Below, in pieces: positions 1 through 8,623 of a DNA stretch of 64,000 bases; position 1 is the first letter of the stretch, and each line of letters starts with the position of its first letter. The notes under the pieces are model-generated. The model was not told where the DNA came from, searched no databases, and saw nothing but the letters and a program-made list of their open reading frames with translations. Made by a program: the position numbers and the translations under genes. Source of the stretch: Candidatus Zixiibacteriota bacterium (lineage in GTDB: Bacteria > RBG-13-66-14 > B26-G2 > WVWN01); the NCBI GenBank assembly GCA_050117845.1, contig JASFLY010000013.1, positions 6,829-70,828 of the forward strand. Direction: 5' to 3'.

Positions 1-595
1 CCGTTTGGAAATCCATGCCGTAAATGTGGGTTCGGCGCGAGTTTTGTTTCCATATTAAATGGCTTCGCCAATCGTACGCCATATCGTAACCGTCGTTGTC
101 GGCTAGGGTAGTGGAATAGTTGATGCTGCCCGTACTCATATCGTGATAATGCAGCGAACTCGACAGAGGGCCGTAACTGATAAGGTAATTCGCAAGTGCT
201 CCGCCGTCTTCGTGACTAAATGGAGCGAGGCCTACCGGGGCATGTGAAGCGTTCCATAGGTTTCTTAAATCGCCGTCGTTAACATCGCATTTGTAAACGA
301 GGCCGTTGCCCATACAACCTATCCAGATATCGCCGCCCCATGTGTAAGCCAGGCCGCGGTTGCCGGCGGGAAAAGGACAGGACCATGATCTTACTACCGA
401 ACCATCCTGCCGACGTATCGTGACGACTTTGTCGAGTCCTTGACTCGAGATATAAAATATATAAGCGTTGGACACCGCTACGCCCCCGGGGTCCGAGAGG
501 GTTAGAGGCCACGAGGTCATGACGTCTCCGAGTGCGGCGAACGCGTTGCCCGCGAGTAGCGCCGAAGCGAGCGCGATAAGGATATACTTCTTCAC
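1..595 (-). CDS. Secreted beta-propeller-like protein, partial (runs off window); paralog of 45524-46318
   Basis: Manual translation from GTG at 595 (SD-like AAGGGGG upstream): MKKYILIALASALLAGNAFAALGDVMTSWP...RGLAYTWGGDIWIG...EDGGALANYL...GYDMAYDWRSHLIW; open to base 1; collinear with 45524-46318; absent from the ORF track. Confidence 0.8.
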   Translation of the reverse strand, partial: MKKYILIALASALLAGNAFAALGDVMTSWPLTLSDPGGVAVSNAYIFYISSQGLDKVVTIRRQDGSVVRSWSCPFPAGNRGLAYTWGGDIWIGCMGNGLVYKCDVNDGDLRNLWNASHAPVGLAPFSHEDGGALANYLISYGPLSSSLHYHDMSTGSINYSTTLADNDGYDMAYDWRSHLIWKQNSRRTHIYGMDFQT

Positions 596-729
596 GTGTT
601 ACCCCCTTGTTAAATCGTCCTTCGGTTTATGATACGGATTCCAATAAATATAAATAACGCTGAGCGTTTCTGTCAAGGTATTAATTTCCGACGCCGGGCC
701 GCGCCGCAAACGCCCCGAATCAACCGCAG

Positions 730-758
730 TTGCGCGGCCTCGTTTTATGTGCTACAAT
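730..758 (+). promoter_or_regulatory. Sigma70-type promoter for the trpS operon
   Basis: TTGCGC-17 bp-TACAAT with extended -10 TG. Confidence 0.55.
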
Positions 759-783
759 CCGGGAAACTCACCGCGAGGAGCTT

Positions 784-1785
784 ATGACGACGGCAAAAAA
801 GGGAACCATACTATCCGGCATGCGGCCCACGGGGCCGCTCCACCTCGGCAATCTGGCGGGCGCCCTCACCAACTGGGTGGCGCTCCAGGACGAGTACAAC
901 TGCTACTACGAGATAGCGGACCTCCACGCGCTGACCGACCGCACCGACACCTCGGCCATCCCGGGGGACCGCTGGGAGGTCCTCCTCGACTGGCTCGCCG
1001 CCGGCCTCGATCCCGAACGCTCGGTTCTCTTCGTCCAGTCCGACGTCCCGGAGCACTCGCTGTTGTACACCCTCCTCGGCATGTTCGTCCCGGTGACCTG
1101 GCTCGAGCGGGTTCCCACTTATAAAGAGAAGGTCCGGGAAATGGGCCTTGCCGAGTCGGCCTCATTCGGCCTTCTGGGTTACCCCGTCCTGCAGGCCGTG
1201 GACATCGCCATATACAAGGCCGACGCCGTCCCGGTGGGGGAGGACCAGCTGCCCCACCTTGAACTCACCCGCGAGATAACCCGGCGCTTCAACAATTTCT
1301 TCGGCGAGGTCTTCGTCGAACCGCAGGCGCTGTTGACCGCGGCGGCGCGCCTCCCGGGCCTCGACGGCCGAAAGATGTCCAAGTCGTACGATAACGCTAT
1401 TTACATCAAGGACAGCGCGGCCGACGTTATGAAAAAGGTCAAGACGATGTTCACGGACCCCAAGCGCGTCTACCGGCGCGACCCCGGCCACCCCGACGAA
1501 TGCAACGTCTACCTCTATCGCCGCCTCTACGAGGCCGCGAACGCCGAGGGAGTATCCGAGGCCTGCAAGAAGGCCGAAATAGGCTGTACCGATTGCAAGG
1601 TGGCGCTCGCCGCCGCCATTAACGAGTACCTCGCCCCCCTGCGGGAGAAACGCGGCGACTTCGAGGCCCGCCCCGATTACCTTCGCGACGTGTTGGAAGA
1701 GGGCGCCCGTAAGGCCCGGGAAGTCGCGCGCCGCACCTGCGACGAGGCGTACGCCGCGGCTCACTTGCGGAGCAGCGGCGGATAG
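784..1785 (+). CDS. trpS: Tryptophanyl-tRNA synthetase
   Basis: SGMRPTGPLHLGN (HIGH-like), YPVLQAVDI, VPVGEDQ, KMSKS; ATG at 784 after GAGGAG. Confidence 0.97.
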   Translation: MTTAKKGTILSGMRPTGPLHLGNLAGALTNWVALQDEYNCYYEIADLHALTDRTDTSAIPGDRWEVLLDWLAAGLDPERSVLFVQSDVPEHSLLYTLLGMFVPVTWLERVPTYKEKVREMGLAESASFGLLGYPVLQAVDIAIYKADAVPVGEDQLPHLELTREITRRFNNFFGEVFVEPQALLTAAARLPGLDGRKMSKSYDNAIYIKDSAADVMKKVKTMFTDPKRVYRRDPGHPDECNVYLYRRLYEAANAEGVSEACKKAEIGCTDCKVALAAAINEYLAPLREKRGDFEARPDYLRDVLEEGARKAREVARRTCDEAYAAAHLRSSGG

Positions 1786-1801
1786 GCCCGGGCGGCCGGC
1801 C

Positions 1802-2509
1802 ATGACGGATTATCGCGTAAAGCTGCCCATCTACGAGGGCCCGCTGGACCTCCTCCTCTTCCTCATCCACAAGGACGAACTCGACGTCTACGATATCCCC
1901 ATCTCCCGGATAACGGAGCAGTACCTGGCGTACCTGGATTTAATGGAAGAACTAAACCTGTCCGTCGCCGGGGAGTTCTTCGTGATGGCCGCGACGCTGA
2001 TGGAAATAAAATCGGCGATGCTCCTGCCGCGAGCCGAACCCCCGTCGGGCGAGGGCATCGAGGACCCGCGGGCGGCCCTCGTGGCCCAGCTTCTCGAGTA
2101 CCAAAAATTCAAGGCCGCGGCCGGTGGCCTGGCGGAACGCGAATCCGACCAGGCCGGTAAGTATCCGGCGGGCGGCGACGGCCGCTTCAGCAACGAGGCC
2201 CCGGTGGGCGAGTCCATCTTCGCGCTTTTTAAGGCGTTCCAGGGCGTATTGGCCCGGGCGCCGCAGGAACGCGACGTCACCCCCGGCCAGCGCGGCCCCT
2301 CCATAGAACAGCAACTCGACTTCATCCGCGGCAGCTTGAAGGCCGCCGGCGGCCGCGTTCGCTTCGAGGATATCTTCGAGGGGACGCGTATAGTACTGGT
2401 CGTTACTTTCCTGGCCCTTCTCGAGCTATTGCGGACGGGCGAGTGCCGCGTCCGGCAGGACAGAACTTTTGACGCCATATGGATATACCCGACTCTAACG
2501 CTGGTGTAA
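1802..2509 (+). CDS. scpA: Segregation/condensation protein A
   Basis: YEGPLDLLLFLI, MAATLMEIKSAMLLP, VTFLALLEL motifs. Confidence 0.95.
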   Translation: MTDYRVKLPIYEGPLDLLLFLIHKDELDVYDIPISRITEQYLAYLDLMEELNLSVAGEFFVMAATLMEIKSAMLLPRAEPPSGEGIEDPRAALVAQLLEYQKFKAAAGGLAERESDQAGKYPAGGDGRFSNEAPVGESIFALFKAFQGVLARAPQERDVTPGQRGPSIEQQLDFIRGSLKAAGGRVRFEDIFEGTRIVLVVTFLALLELLRTGECRVRQDRTFDAIWIYPTLTLV

Positions 2510-3042
2510 AAGAGGAAGGCGGGAAGCCCGACCTTCCCCTCAAGAACGTCGTCGAGGCGGTCCTCTTCGTCACGCCCGACCCGTTGCCCCTGAAGAAGCT
2601 GGGCGCCATCGTGGGCGCTTCGGCCGACGAGCTCAAGGCCGTCATCGCCGAACTCCGGGAGGAGTACGAGGGGCGCGGCGTGGAACTCGCGTACGTCGCC
2701 GGCGGCTACCGCTTCTTTTCCCGGCCGGAATACGCGCCCTGGGCCAAACAGGTCCTGCCGCTCGAGAAGGCGCCCCGCCTGAGCCGGGCGGCCCTCGAGA
2801 CGCTGGCCATAATCGCGTACCGCCAGCCCATAACCCGCGTTGCCATCGACGAGATCCGGGGGGTCAACAGCGACGGCGTCGTTAAGACCCTCCTCGAGCG
2901 CAAGCTGATAATCACGGACGGCCGGGAGGACGTGCCGGGGCGCCCCTTCAAATACCGCACCACCAAGCAGTTCCTCTATTACTTCGGCCTGACCGGCCTG
3001 AACGACCTCCCACCCCTGGAAGAATTCGATTCGGAGACGTAA
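2479..3042 (+). CDS. scpB: SMC-Scp complex subunit ScpB
   Basis: VEAVLF, LSRAALETLAIIAYRQPITR..IDEIRGV, PGRP..Y.TT..FL..FGL. Confidence 0.95.
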   Translation: MDIPDSNAGVKEEGGKPDLPLKNVVEAVLFVTPDPLPLKKLGAIVGASADELKAVIAELREEYEGRGVELAYVAGGYRFFSRPEYAPWAKQVLPLEKAPRLSRAALETLAIIAYRQPITRVAIDEIRGVNSDGVVKTLLERKLIITDGREDVPGRPFKYRTTKQFLYYFGLTGLNDLPPLEEFDSET

Positions 3043-3048
3043 ACTCTG

Positions 3049-3771
3049 ATGGAGAAGCGTCGCGGCATCCGCATCAACCGCTATCTCGCGATGTGCGGTT
3101 TCGGCGCTCGGCGCGCCGTGGAGCGGCTCGTGGCCGAGGGCCGCGTTCGCGTCGACGGCGAGGTGGTGACGGACCTCGCTTTCCGCGTGGAGGCCGGGGC
3201 CAAGGTAACGGTCAACGGCGCCGTCGCCCGGGCGCGGCGCAAGTTCCGCTACGTCGCGTACTACAAGCGGCGCGGCGTCCTGACGACGGCCCGCGACCCC
3301 TTCCGCCGCCGGATAATAAAGCACGAACTGCCGCGGCACCTGCGCAGCCTTAAACCCGTGGGCCGGCTCGACGCCGACACCGAGGGCCTGATACTTTTAA
3401 CGGACGATGGCGCGTTCGCGCATCGCGTCGCCCACCCCTCCTTCGGCGTTCTCAAGCGCTACGTCGTCGAGGTGCGGGGGTGCGTTACCCGCAAGGGCGT
3501 CCGCGAACTCGAGCGCGGTATAAAGCTCCGCGACGGCCACATAGGCCGGGTCAACGTCGAGACGGTGGAGGCCGAGGCGGAGTCGTCCGTCGTGACCCTC
3601 AACGTCGAGTACGGCCGGAAGCGCATGTTGCGGCAGATGTTCGCCGCCCTGCGCCACAGGGTAACGCGCCTCTGCCGGGTTAACGTCGGGCCGGTGGCGC
3701 TCGGCGAACTCGCCCCCGGCGAATGGCGCGACCTTACGGCCGAGGAGGTAAAGATACTCCGTGGGCAGTAG
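3049..3771 (+). CDS. rluB: rRNA pseudouridine synthase (RluB/RsuA family)
   Basis: N-terminal S4 domain, VGRLDADTEGLILLTDDG; typical position after scpB. Confidence 0.85.
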   Translation: MEKRRGIRINRYLAMCGFGARRAVERLVAEGRVRVDGEVVTDLAFRVEAGAKVTVNGAVARARRKFRYVAYYKRRGVLTTARDPFRRRIIKHELPRHLRSLKPVGRLDADTEGLILLTDDGAFAHRVAHPSFGVLKRYVVEVRGCVTRKGVRELERGIKLRDGHIGRVNVETVEAEAESSVVTLNVEYGRKRMLRQMFAALRHRVTRLCRVNVGPVALGELAPGEWRDLTAEEVKILRGQ

Positions 3772-4462
3772 CGAAACGGGCGTTCCGGTAGTCGTGGCGT
3801 TGGACGGCCCGGCGGCCTCGGGGAAGAGCACCGTCGGCCTCGCCGTCGCGCGGCGGCTGGGCTTCGCCTTCGTCGAGACCGGCAAGCTCTACCGCGCGCT
3901 GGCGTGGAAGGCCCGGGCGGAGGAACTGCCCTTTACGGACGGGCCGGCGCTGGCGGCGGCCTTCGACCGAACGGAAGTAGAGTACCGGCTGGATCAGGAT
4001 GGCCCCAAGATACTCGTCGACGGCCGAGACGTTACGGCCGAGCTGTCCTCGGCCGAGGTGGCGGAGGGGGCGTCCGCCATATCGGCGCTCGCCGAGGTGC
4101 GCGAGGTCCTTCTGCCGCTCCAGCGGCGTTTGGCCCGGCCGCCGGGCGTCGTGGTCGAAGGCCGGGACATCGGGACCGTCGTCTTCCCGGACGCGCCCTA
4201 CAAATTTTACCTGGACGCTTCTTTGGAGGAGCGGGCGCGGCGGCGGGCCCGGGACTTCGCCGCCGCCGGCAAGCCGGTGGACGTGGCCGAGGTGGAGCGC
4301 GACCTGGCCGCCCGGGACGCCCGGGACCGGGGCCGGGCGGCGGCGCCGCTGCGCCGCGCCGAGGACGCCGTCCTCGTCGACACCACGTCCCGGACGTTCG
4401 ACGAGGTAGTAGACTTCATAACGGCCGCCGTACAAGCGGGGGAGGGGCGAACCGCCGCGTAA
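3761..4462 (+). CDS. cmk: Cytidylate kinase
   Basis: ALDGPAASGKST, VEGRDIGTVVFPDA, DASLEERARRR. Confidence 0.95.
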   Translation: MGSSETGVPVVVALDGPAASGKSTVGLAVARRLGFAFVETGKLYRALAWKARAEELPFTDGPALAAAFDRTEVEYRLDQDGPKILVDGRDVTAELSSAEVAEGASAISALAEVREVLLPLQRRLARPPGVVVEGRDIGTVVFPDAPYKFYLDASLEERARRRARDFAAAGKPVDVAEVERDLAARDARDRGRAAAPLRRAEDAVLVDTTSRTFDEVVDFITAAVQAGEGRTAA

Positions 4463-5148
4463 TGCCGATCTATATGGGACATATCCTCCGGGCGATAATG
4501 TGGCGGACTGCCCATTTCTTCATCGCCTGGCCGCTCGGCAAAATCGTCTTCGACTTCGACGTGCGCGGCGTCGAGAACGTCCCCCTGCGGGGGGGCGTGC
4601 TGGCGGCGGCCAACCACGCGTCGTACCTGGACCCGCCGCTCTTGGGCAACGCCACGCCCCGCGTGATGTACTACATGGCCCGGGCGGACCTCTTCCGCGG
4701 GAAGCTGGCCGGCCCCTTCATCCGCCTGTGGGGCGCGTTCCCGATAGGCCGGGAGAAGTGGTCGGCCGGAGGGCTCAAGGAGGCCCGCCGGAAATTGAAC
4801 GAGGGCAAACTCGTGATGTACTTCCCGGAGGGGACGCGCTCGTACGACGGCGACCTGCGCAAGCCGATGGTCGGCGCGGGCCTTCTGGCCTACATGGCCG
4901 ACGCGCCGGTCGTCCCGGCCTACATCGACGGCTCCTTCGAGTCGTTCCCCCGGGGCGCCAGGTTCCCCCGGCGGGCCAAAATAACGGTAAGCTTCGGCCC
5001 CCCGGTCGAAATGTCCCGATATCGCAGTCAACCCGGCTCCAAGGAACTGTACCGCGAAATAGCCGAAGATATTATGGCGCGGGTGGCGGCGTTGCGGGAC
5101 GAGCTGCACCCGCCGGCGGCCGGGAACGGGGGCGACGGGAAAGCATGA
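4462..5148 (+). CDS. plsC: 1-acyl-sn-glycerol-3-phosphate acyltransferase
   Basis: NHASYLDPP, FPEGTRS; ATG overlaps the cmk stop (TAATG). Confidence 0.88.
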   Translation: MPIYMGHILRAIMWRTAHFFIAWPLGKIVFDFDVRGVENVPLRGGVLAAANHASYLDPPLLGNATPRVMYYMARADLFRGKLAGPFIRLWGAFPIGREKWSAGGLKEARRKLNEGKLVMYFPEGTRSYDGDLRKPMVGAGLLAYMADAPVVPAYIDGSFESFPRGARFPRRAKITVSFGPPVEMSRYRSQPGSKELYREIAEDIMARVAALRDELHPPAAGNGGDGKA

Positions 5149-6014
5149 AGGTAATAGTGGCCTCGGACGCCGGATTCTGTTTCGGCGTGAAGCGGGCGAC
5201 CAAGGCCGCGTTCGGCGCGGCCCGCCGGGCCGAGGGGCCCGTCTATACGCTGGGCGAACTCATCCACAACCCCCAGGTCGTGACGCGGCTGGAGGAGATG
5301 GGCGTCCGCGTGGCTCGGAGCCCGGAAGAGGTGGGCTCCGATACCGTAATCATTCGTTCCCACGGCCTGCCGCCCGAGACCGTCCGGGCCCTCCGCGAGC
5401 AGGGCGCCGAGATAATCGACCTCACCTGTCCCACCGTCAAGGCGGTGCAGCAGCGCGCCGCGGCGCTGGGCCGCGAGGGATACCTGGTCGTGATAATCGG
5501 CGACCGCGACCACCCGGAAGTCCAGGCCATCGCCGGCTACGCGGGGCCCGAGGTCGTCATCGTGAATTCGGAGGCCGAGGCCGAGGCTCTTCCGCAGGCC
5601 GAGAAGATCGGCGTCGTCATGCAGACGACCCACGCCGCCGATACCTGCCACCGCATCACGAGCGTCCTTCTGGGTCGGGCGCACGAGATTCGCGTGTTCA
5701 ATACGCTGTGCGACGCGACCGCCAAGCGCCAGCGGGCCGCCCTCGACCTCGCCGGCGAGGTCGACGTCATGGTGGTGGTGGGGGGGCGCAACAGCGCCAA
5801 CACCGGCCGGCTGGCCGAAATCTGCCGCGCCGCCGGGGCGACGACCTACCACGTGGAGACGGCCGAGGAGTTGCGGGACGGGTGGTTCGAAGGGGCGGAG
5901 GCCGTCGGCGTAACCGCGGGGACCTCCACCGCCGACTGGATTATCGAGGAAGTCGTGGCCCGTCTGGGGGCCGGAGGCGCCGGGGGCGACGACGCGAAAC
6001 CTCTTGTATTATAA
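5145..6014 (+). CDS. ispH: 4-hydroxy-3-methylbut-2-enyl diphosphate reductase
   Basis: GFCFGVKRA, IHNPQV, IRSHG, DLTCP, HPEV, QTT, NTLCDAT, NSANT, TAGTST; ATGA overlap with plsC. Confidence 0.96.
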   Translation: MKVIVASDAGFCFGVKRATKAAFGAARRAEGPVYTLGELIHNPQVVTRLEEMGVRVARSPEEVGSDTVIIRSHGLPPETVRALREQGAEIIDLTCPTVKAVQQRAAALGREGYLVVIIGDRDHPEVQAIAGYAGPEVVIVNSEAEAEALPQAEKIGVVMQTTHAADTCHRITSVLLGRAHEIRVFNTLCDATAKRQRAALDLAGEVDVMVVVGGRNSANTGRLAEICRAAGATTYHVETAEELRDGWFEGAEAVGVTAGTSTADWIIEEVVARLGAGGAGGDDAKPLVL

Positions 6015-6058
6015 TTGCCTTGCGTCGCGCGCCTTAAGTTTGTTAATATCGTGGCCCG

Positions 6059-6367
6059 ATGGGGAAGAAGTTCTGGGTCGCGCTTTCTTACGTCGGGTTC
6101 CTGGGTCTGTTCGTCCACCTCTTCGGCGGGGGCGAGTTGGCCCGCTGGGGCCGTAACGGCTTTATAGCTTTTATTTGGGAACTTATCGCGTTCCTGGTGC
6201 TCGACGTGATCCGCGTTAAATTCGGCTGGTCGCTTTACGTATTCATACCGGCGCTGGCCGTTACGTCGGTCGTAAAAACGGTATTGATGATTAAGGCCGT
6301 GCGAAGCGCGGGCCGAGCGGGCGATAAGGAAGTTATAATCCATAAATCGGAGGTAACTTATGACTAA
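6059..6367 (+). CDS. Small membrane protein, divergent DUF4870-like
   Basis: Three hydrophobic segments, ALSYVGFLGL; first of four similar tandem genes. Confidence 0.55.
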   Translation: MGKKFWVALSYVGFLGLFVHLFGGGELARWGRNGFIAFIWELIAFLVLDVIRVKFGWSLYVFIPALAVTSVVKTVLMIKAVRSAGRAGDKEVIIHKSEVTYD

Positions 6368-6734
6368 CGGGGAAGAGAAGGCGACGTTGCCGCCGGAGAT
6401 AGAAGAGGGGAAAACCATGGCGGCGATAGGATACATCAGTATCCTGTTCCTTATCCCCCTACTCGCAAAGAAAGAAAACAAGTTCTGCCAGTTCCACGGA
6501 AAACAGGGCGCGGTCTTGTTCGGCGTCGAGGTGATCGGGGCCGTCGTACTGGCAATCCTGAGCGCCATACTGGGGTTAGTGCCGTGCGCGGGGTGGGCCA
6601 TAAGCCTCGTACTATGGTTGGCCTTCTGCGTGTGCGCGTTGGGCCTTTCCATCTGGGGCTTCATCCAGGCGCTCAAGGGCGAGTACTGGGATATGCCGGT
6701 CATCGCGCCGCTGGCCCAAAAATTGAATTTCTAG
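6360..6734 (+). CDS. DUF4870/Tic20-like membrane protein
   Basis: EIEEGK.MAAIGYI..LFLIPL..KKENKFCQFHGKQG...QALKGEYWDMPVI. Confidence 0.8.
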   Translation: MTNGEEKATLPPEIEEGKTMAAIGYISILFLIPLLAKKENKFCQFHGKQGAVLFGVEVIGAVVLAILSAILGLVPCAGWAISLVLWLAFCVCALGLSIWGFIQALKGEYWDMPVIAPLAQKLNF

Positions 6735-6797
6735 TCGGCCCCGGTGCTGTACCGGGTCCGGCCCGTTAAGTTCTCATCTATACGGAGGTAATACACC

Positions 6798-7112
6798 ATG
6801 GCGGAAACATCCGCACCGACGTTCACGCAGGAAGAGATCGACGATGGTAAAACCTTCGCCGGTATCGGTTACATTGGCATCCTTTTCCTTTTACCGCTCC
6901 TGGCCAAGCCGGACAATAAATTCTGCCGGGCCCACGCCAAACAAGGGCTCGTATTGTGTATCGCTTTCATCCCGATGGTTATCCCGTTCATCGGCTGGCT
7001 GTGGGGCATTTTCGTTTTAATATGCGCGATAATGGGCCTCGTCGCGGCGTTCCAGGGTAAGTACCAGAAACTCCCGCTCTTCGGGAGCATCGCCGAAAAA
7101 CTGACGTTCTAA
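6798..7112 (+). CDS. DUF4870/Tic20-like membrane protein
   Basis: EEIDDGK.FAGIGYI...DNKFCRAHAKQG...AFQGKYQKLPLFG; SD GGAGG. Confidence 0.8.
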   Translation: MAETSAPTFTQEEIDDGKTFAGIGYIGILFLLPLLAKPDNKFCRAHAKQGLVLCIAFIPMVIPFIGWLWGIFVLICAIMGLVAAFQGKYQKLPLFGSIAEKLTF

Positions 7113-7468
7113 TGACCGACGGTCCCGAGACGGACGTTCCGACGAACGACCCGGAGTTCACCCCCGAAGAGGTGGAAGAAGGCAAGGTCCTCGCCGCCAT
7201 TTCCTATATCTACGTCCTGTTCTTCATCCCGCTCGTCGTGCAGCCCCATAACCGCTTTTGCAAGGCTCACGCGAAGCAGGGCCTGGTACTCTTCATCGCG
7301 GCCATGCTGAGTTATACCTTCTCGATATTCATCATGCCGCCCTTCGGCGGGACCCTGTTGTTCTTCTTTATCATCGTCCTCCAGATAGTAGCCCTCGTGA
7401 AAGCCCTCATGGGCGAATTCTGGAAGATACCGGGCGTTTGGGACCTCGCGTCGCGGATCAACCTGTAA
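7112..7468 (+). CDS. DUF4870/Tic20-like membrane protein
   Basis: EEVEEGKVLAAISYI...NRFCKAHAKQG...KALMGEFWKIPG. Confidence 0.8.
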   Translation: MTDGPETDVPTNDPEFTPEEVEEGKVLAAISYIYVLFFIPLVVQPHNRFCKAHAKQGLVLFIAAMLSYTFSIFIMPPFGGTLLFFFIIVLQIVALVKALMGEFWKIPGVWDLASRINL

Positions 7469-7488
7469 CGCGTTAACAAGTTGGGAAT

Positions 7489-7517
7489 AAGACGCCGGCC
7501 TTCGGGCCGGCGTTTTT
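7489..7517 (+). terminator. Rho-independent terminator
   Basis: ACGCCGGCC-TTCG-GGCCGGCGT followed by a T tract. Confidence 0.85.
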
Positions 7518-7572
7518 ACACTCCGGTTGCGGGTAACCGGGGAATATGATAGTATGCAACACTATAAGCGCC

Positions 7573-8619
7573 GTGGATAAAAGACCCGTTGACCTGCGTA
7601 GCGATACCGTCACCCGGCCCAGCGCCGGGATGCGGGAGGCCATGGCGGCGGCGGAAGTCGGGGACGACGTCTACTACGAGGACCCGACCGTCAATCGCCT
7701 GCAGGAAGTGGTGGCGGCCCTCCTGGGCAAGGAGGCCGGCCTCTTCATGCCCTCGGGCACGATGTCCAACCAGGTCGCCGTCCGGACGGCCTGCCGGGGG
7801 CGCGAGGCCATCTGCGAGGCCGACGCGCATATCTTCCACTACGAGATGGCGGCCGCCGCGGCGTGTTCCGGGATTCAACTTTACCCGGTGCCCGGGAAAC
7901 GGGGCGTACTGACCTGGCCCGACGTGGAGCCGGCGATCCGGCCCGTCGCCGATTATTTCCCCGGGACCGGCCTTATCTGCGTCGAGAATACGCACAACCG
8001 CGCCGGCGGCGCGCTGTTCCCGCTGGAGGTAATGGCGGAGCTGGGAAGGGAGGCGCGGAGCCGCGGCATCCCCGTCCATCTGGACGGGGCGCGTTTGTGG
8101 AACGCCACGGTCGCGACGGGCATTTCCCTCGCCGATTACGCCGACTGCGCCGACAGCGTTTCGGTCTGCTTCTCCAAGGGCCTCGGCGCGCCGGTCGGCT
8201 CCTGCCTCTGCGGGACCAAGGATTTCGTCGCGGCGGCGGTGGCCTCGCGGCGCACCTTCGGCGGGGCGATGCGGCAGGCCGGCGTCATTGCGGCCGGGGC
8301 GTTGTACGCCGTCGAAAATAACGTGAAGCGACTCGCCGAAGATCACCGCCGGGCGGCGGCGCTGGCCGCCGGCCTGAACGACATGCGGGACCTGGTGGTC
8401 GAGCCGCCGGACACCAACATCGTGATGGTGGACATCGAGGACCCGTGCATCGACGCCGCCGGGTTGGTTCGGGAACTCGAGGCCGAGGGCGTACTCACCC
8501 ACGACATGGGCCCCCGGCGCGTTCGCGCCGTGACGCACATGGGGTTGGAAGACGACGACGTTCCCCGGGCGATAGCGGCCTTCGAGGCCGCGGCGGCCCG
8601 CCTCCGGGTGGGCCTCTAA
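7573..8619 (+). CDS. ltaE: Low-specificity L-threonine aldolase (PLP)
   Basis: DLRSDTVT, VGDDV..EDPT, PSGTMSNQ, ENTHN, HLDGAR, CFSKGLGAPVG; GTG 7573 chosen because TTGCGG-17-TAGTAT (7527-7555) overlaps the upstream ATG. Confidence 0.92.
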   Translation: MDKRPVDLRSDTVTRPSAGMREAMAAAEVGDDVYYEDPTVNRLQEVVAALLGKEAGLFMPSGTMSNQVAVRTACRGREAICEADAHIFHYEMAAAAACSGIQLYPVPGKRGVLTWPDVEPAIRPVADYFPGTGLICVENTHNRAGGALFPLEVMAELGREARSRGIPVHLDGARLWNATVATGISLADYADCADSVSVCFSKGLGAPVGSCLCGTKDFVAAAVASRRTFGGAMRQAGVIAAGALYAVENNVKRLAEDHRRAAALAAGLNDMRDLVVEPPDTNIVMVDIEDPCIDAAGLVRELEAEGVLTHDMGPRRVRAVTHMGLEDDDVPRAIAAFEAAAARLRVGL

Positions 8620-8623
8620 CGCG

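Noticed and set aside
279-512. 77-aa minus-strand ORF in the track
   Set aside because: Out of frame with the real CDS (595 to <1), which has a signal peptide and a paralog in the window
596-783. T-box leader for trpS
   Set aside because: The predicted promoter leaves only about 20 nt of leader and no T-box consensus is visible
1888-3339. Long antisense ORFs (483 aa here; also 10262-11542, 23864-25222, 50544-52607 and others)
   Set aside because: Shadow ORFs of GC-rich, well-recognised genes on the opposite strand; no motifs
3904-6014. Apparent N-terminal extensions on plsC and ispH (also gpsA 53344, TonB 17595, ybgA-like 39785)
   Set aside because: Artefacts of taking the most upstream start; the true starts overlap the upstream stop or follow an SD
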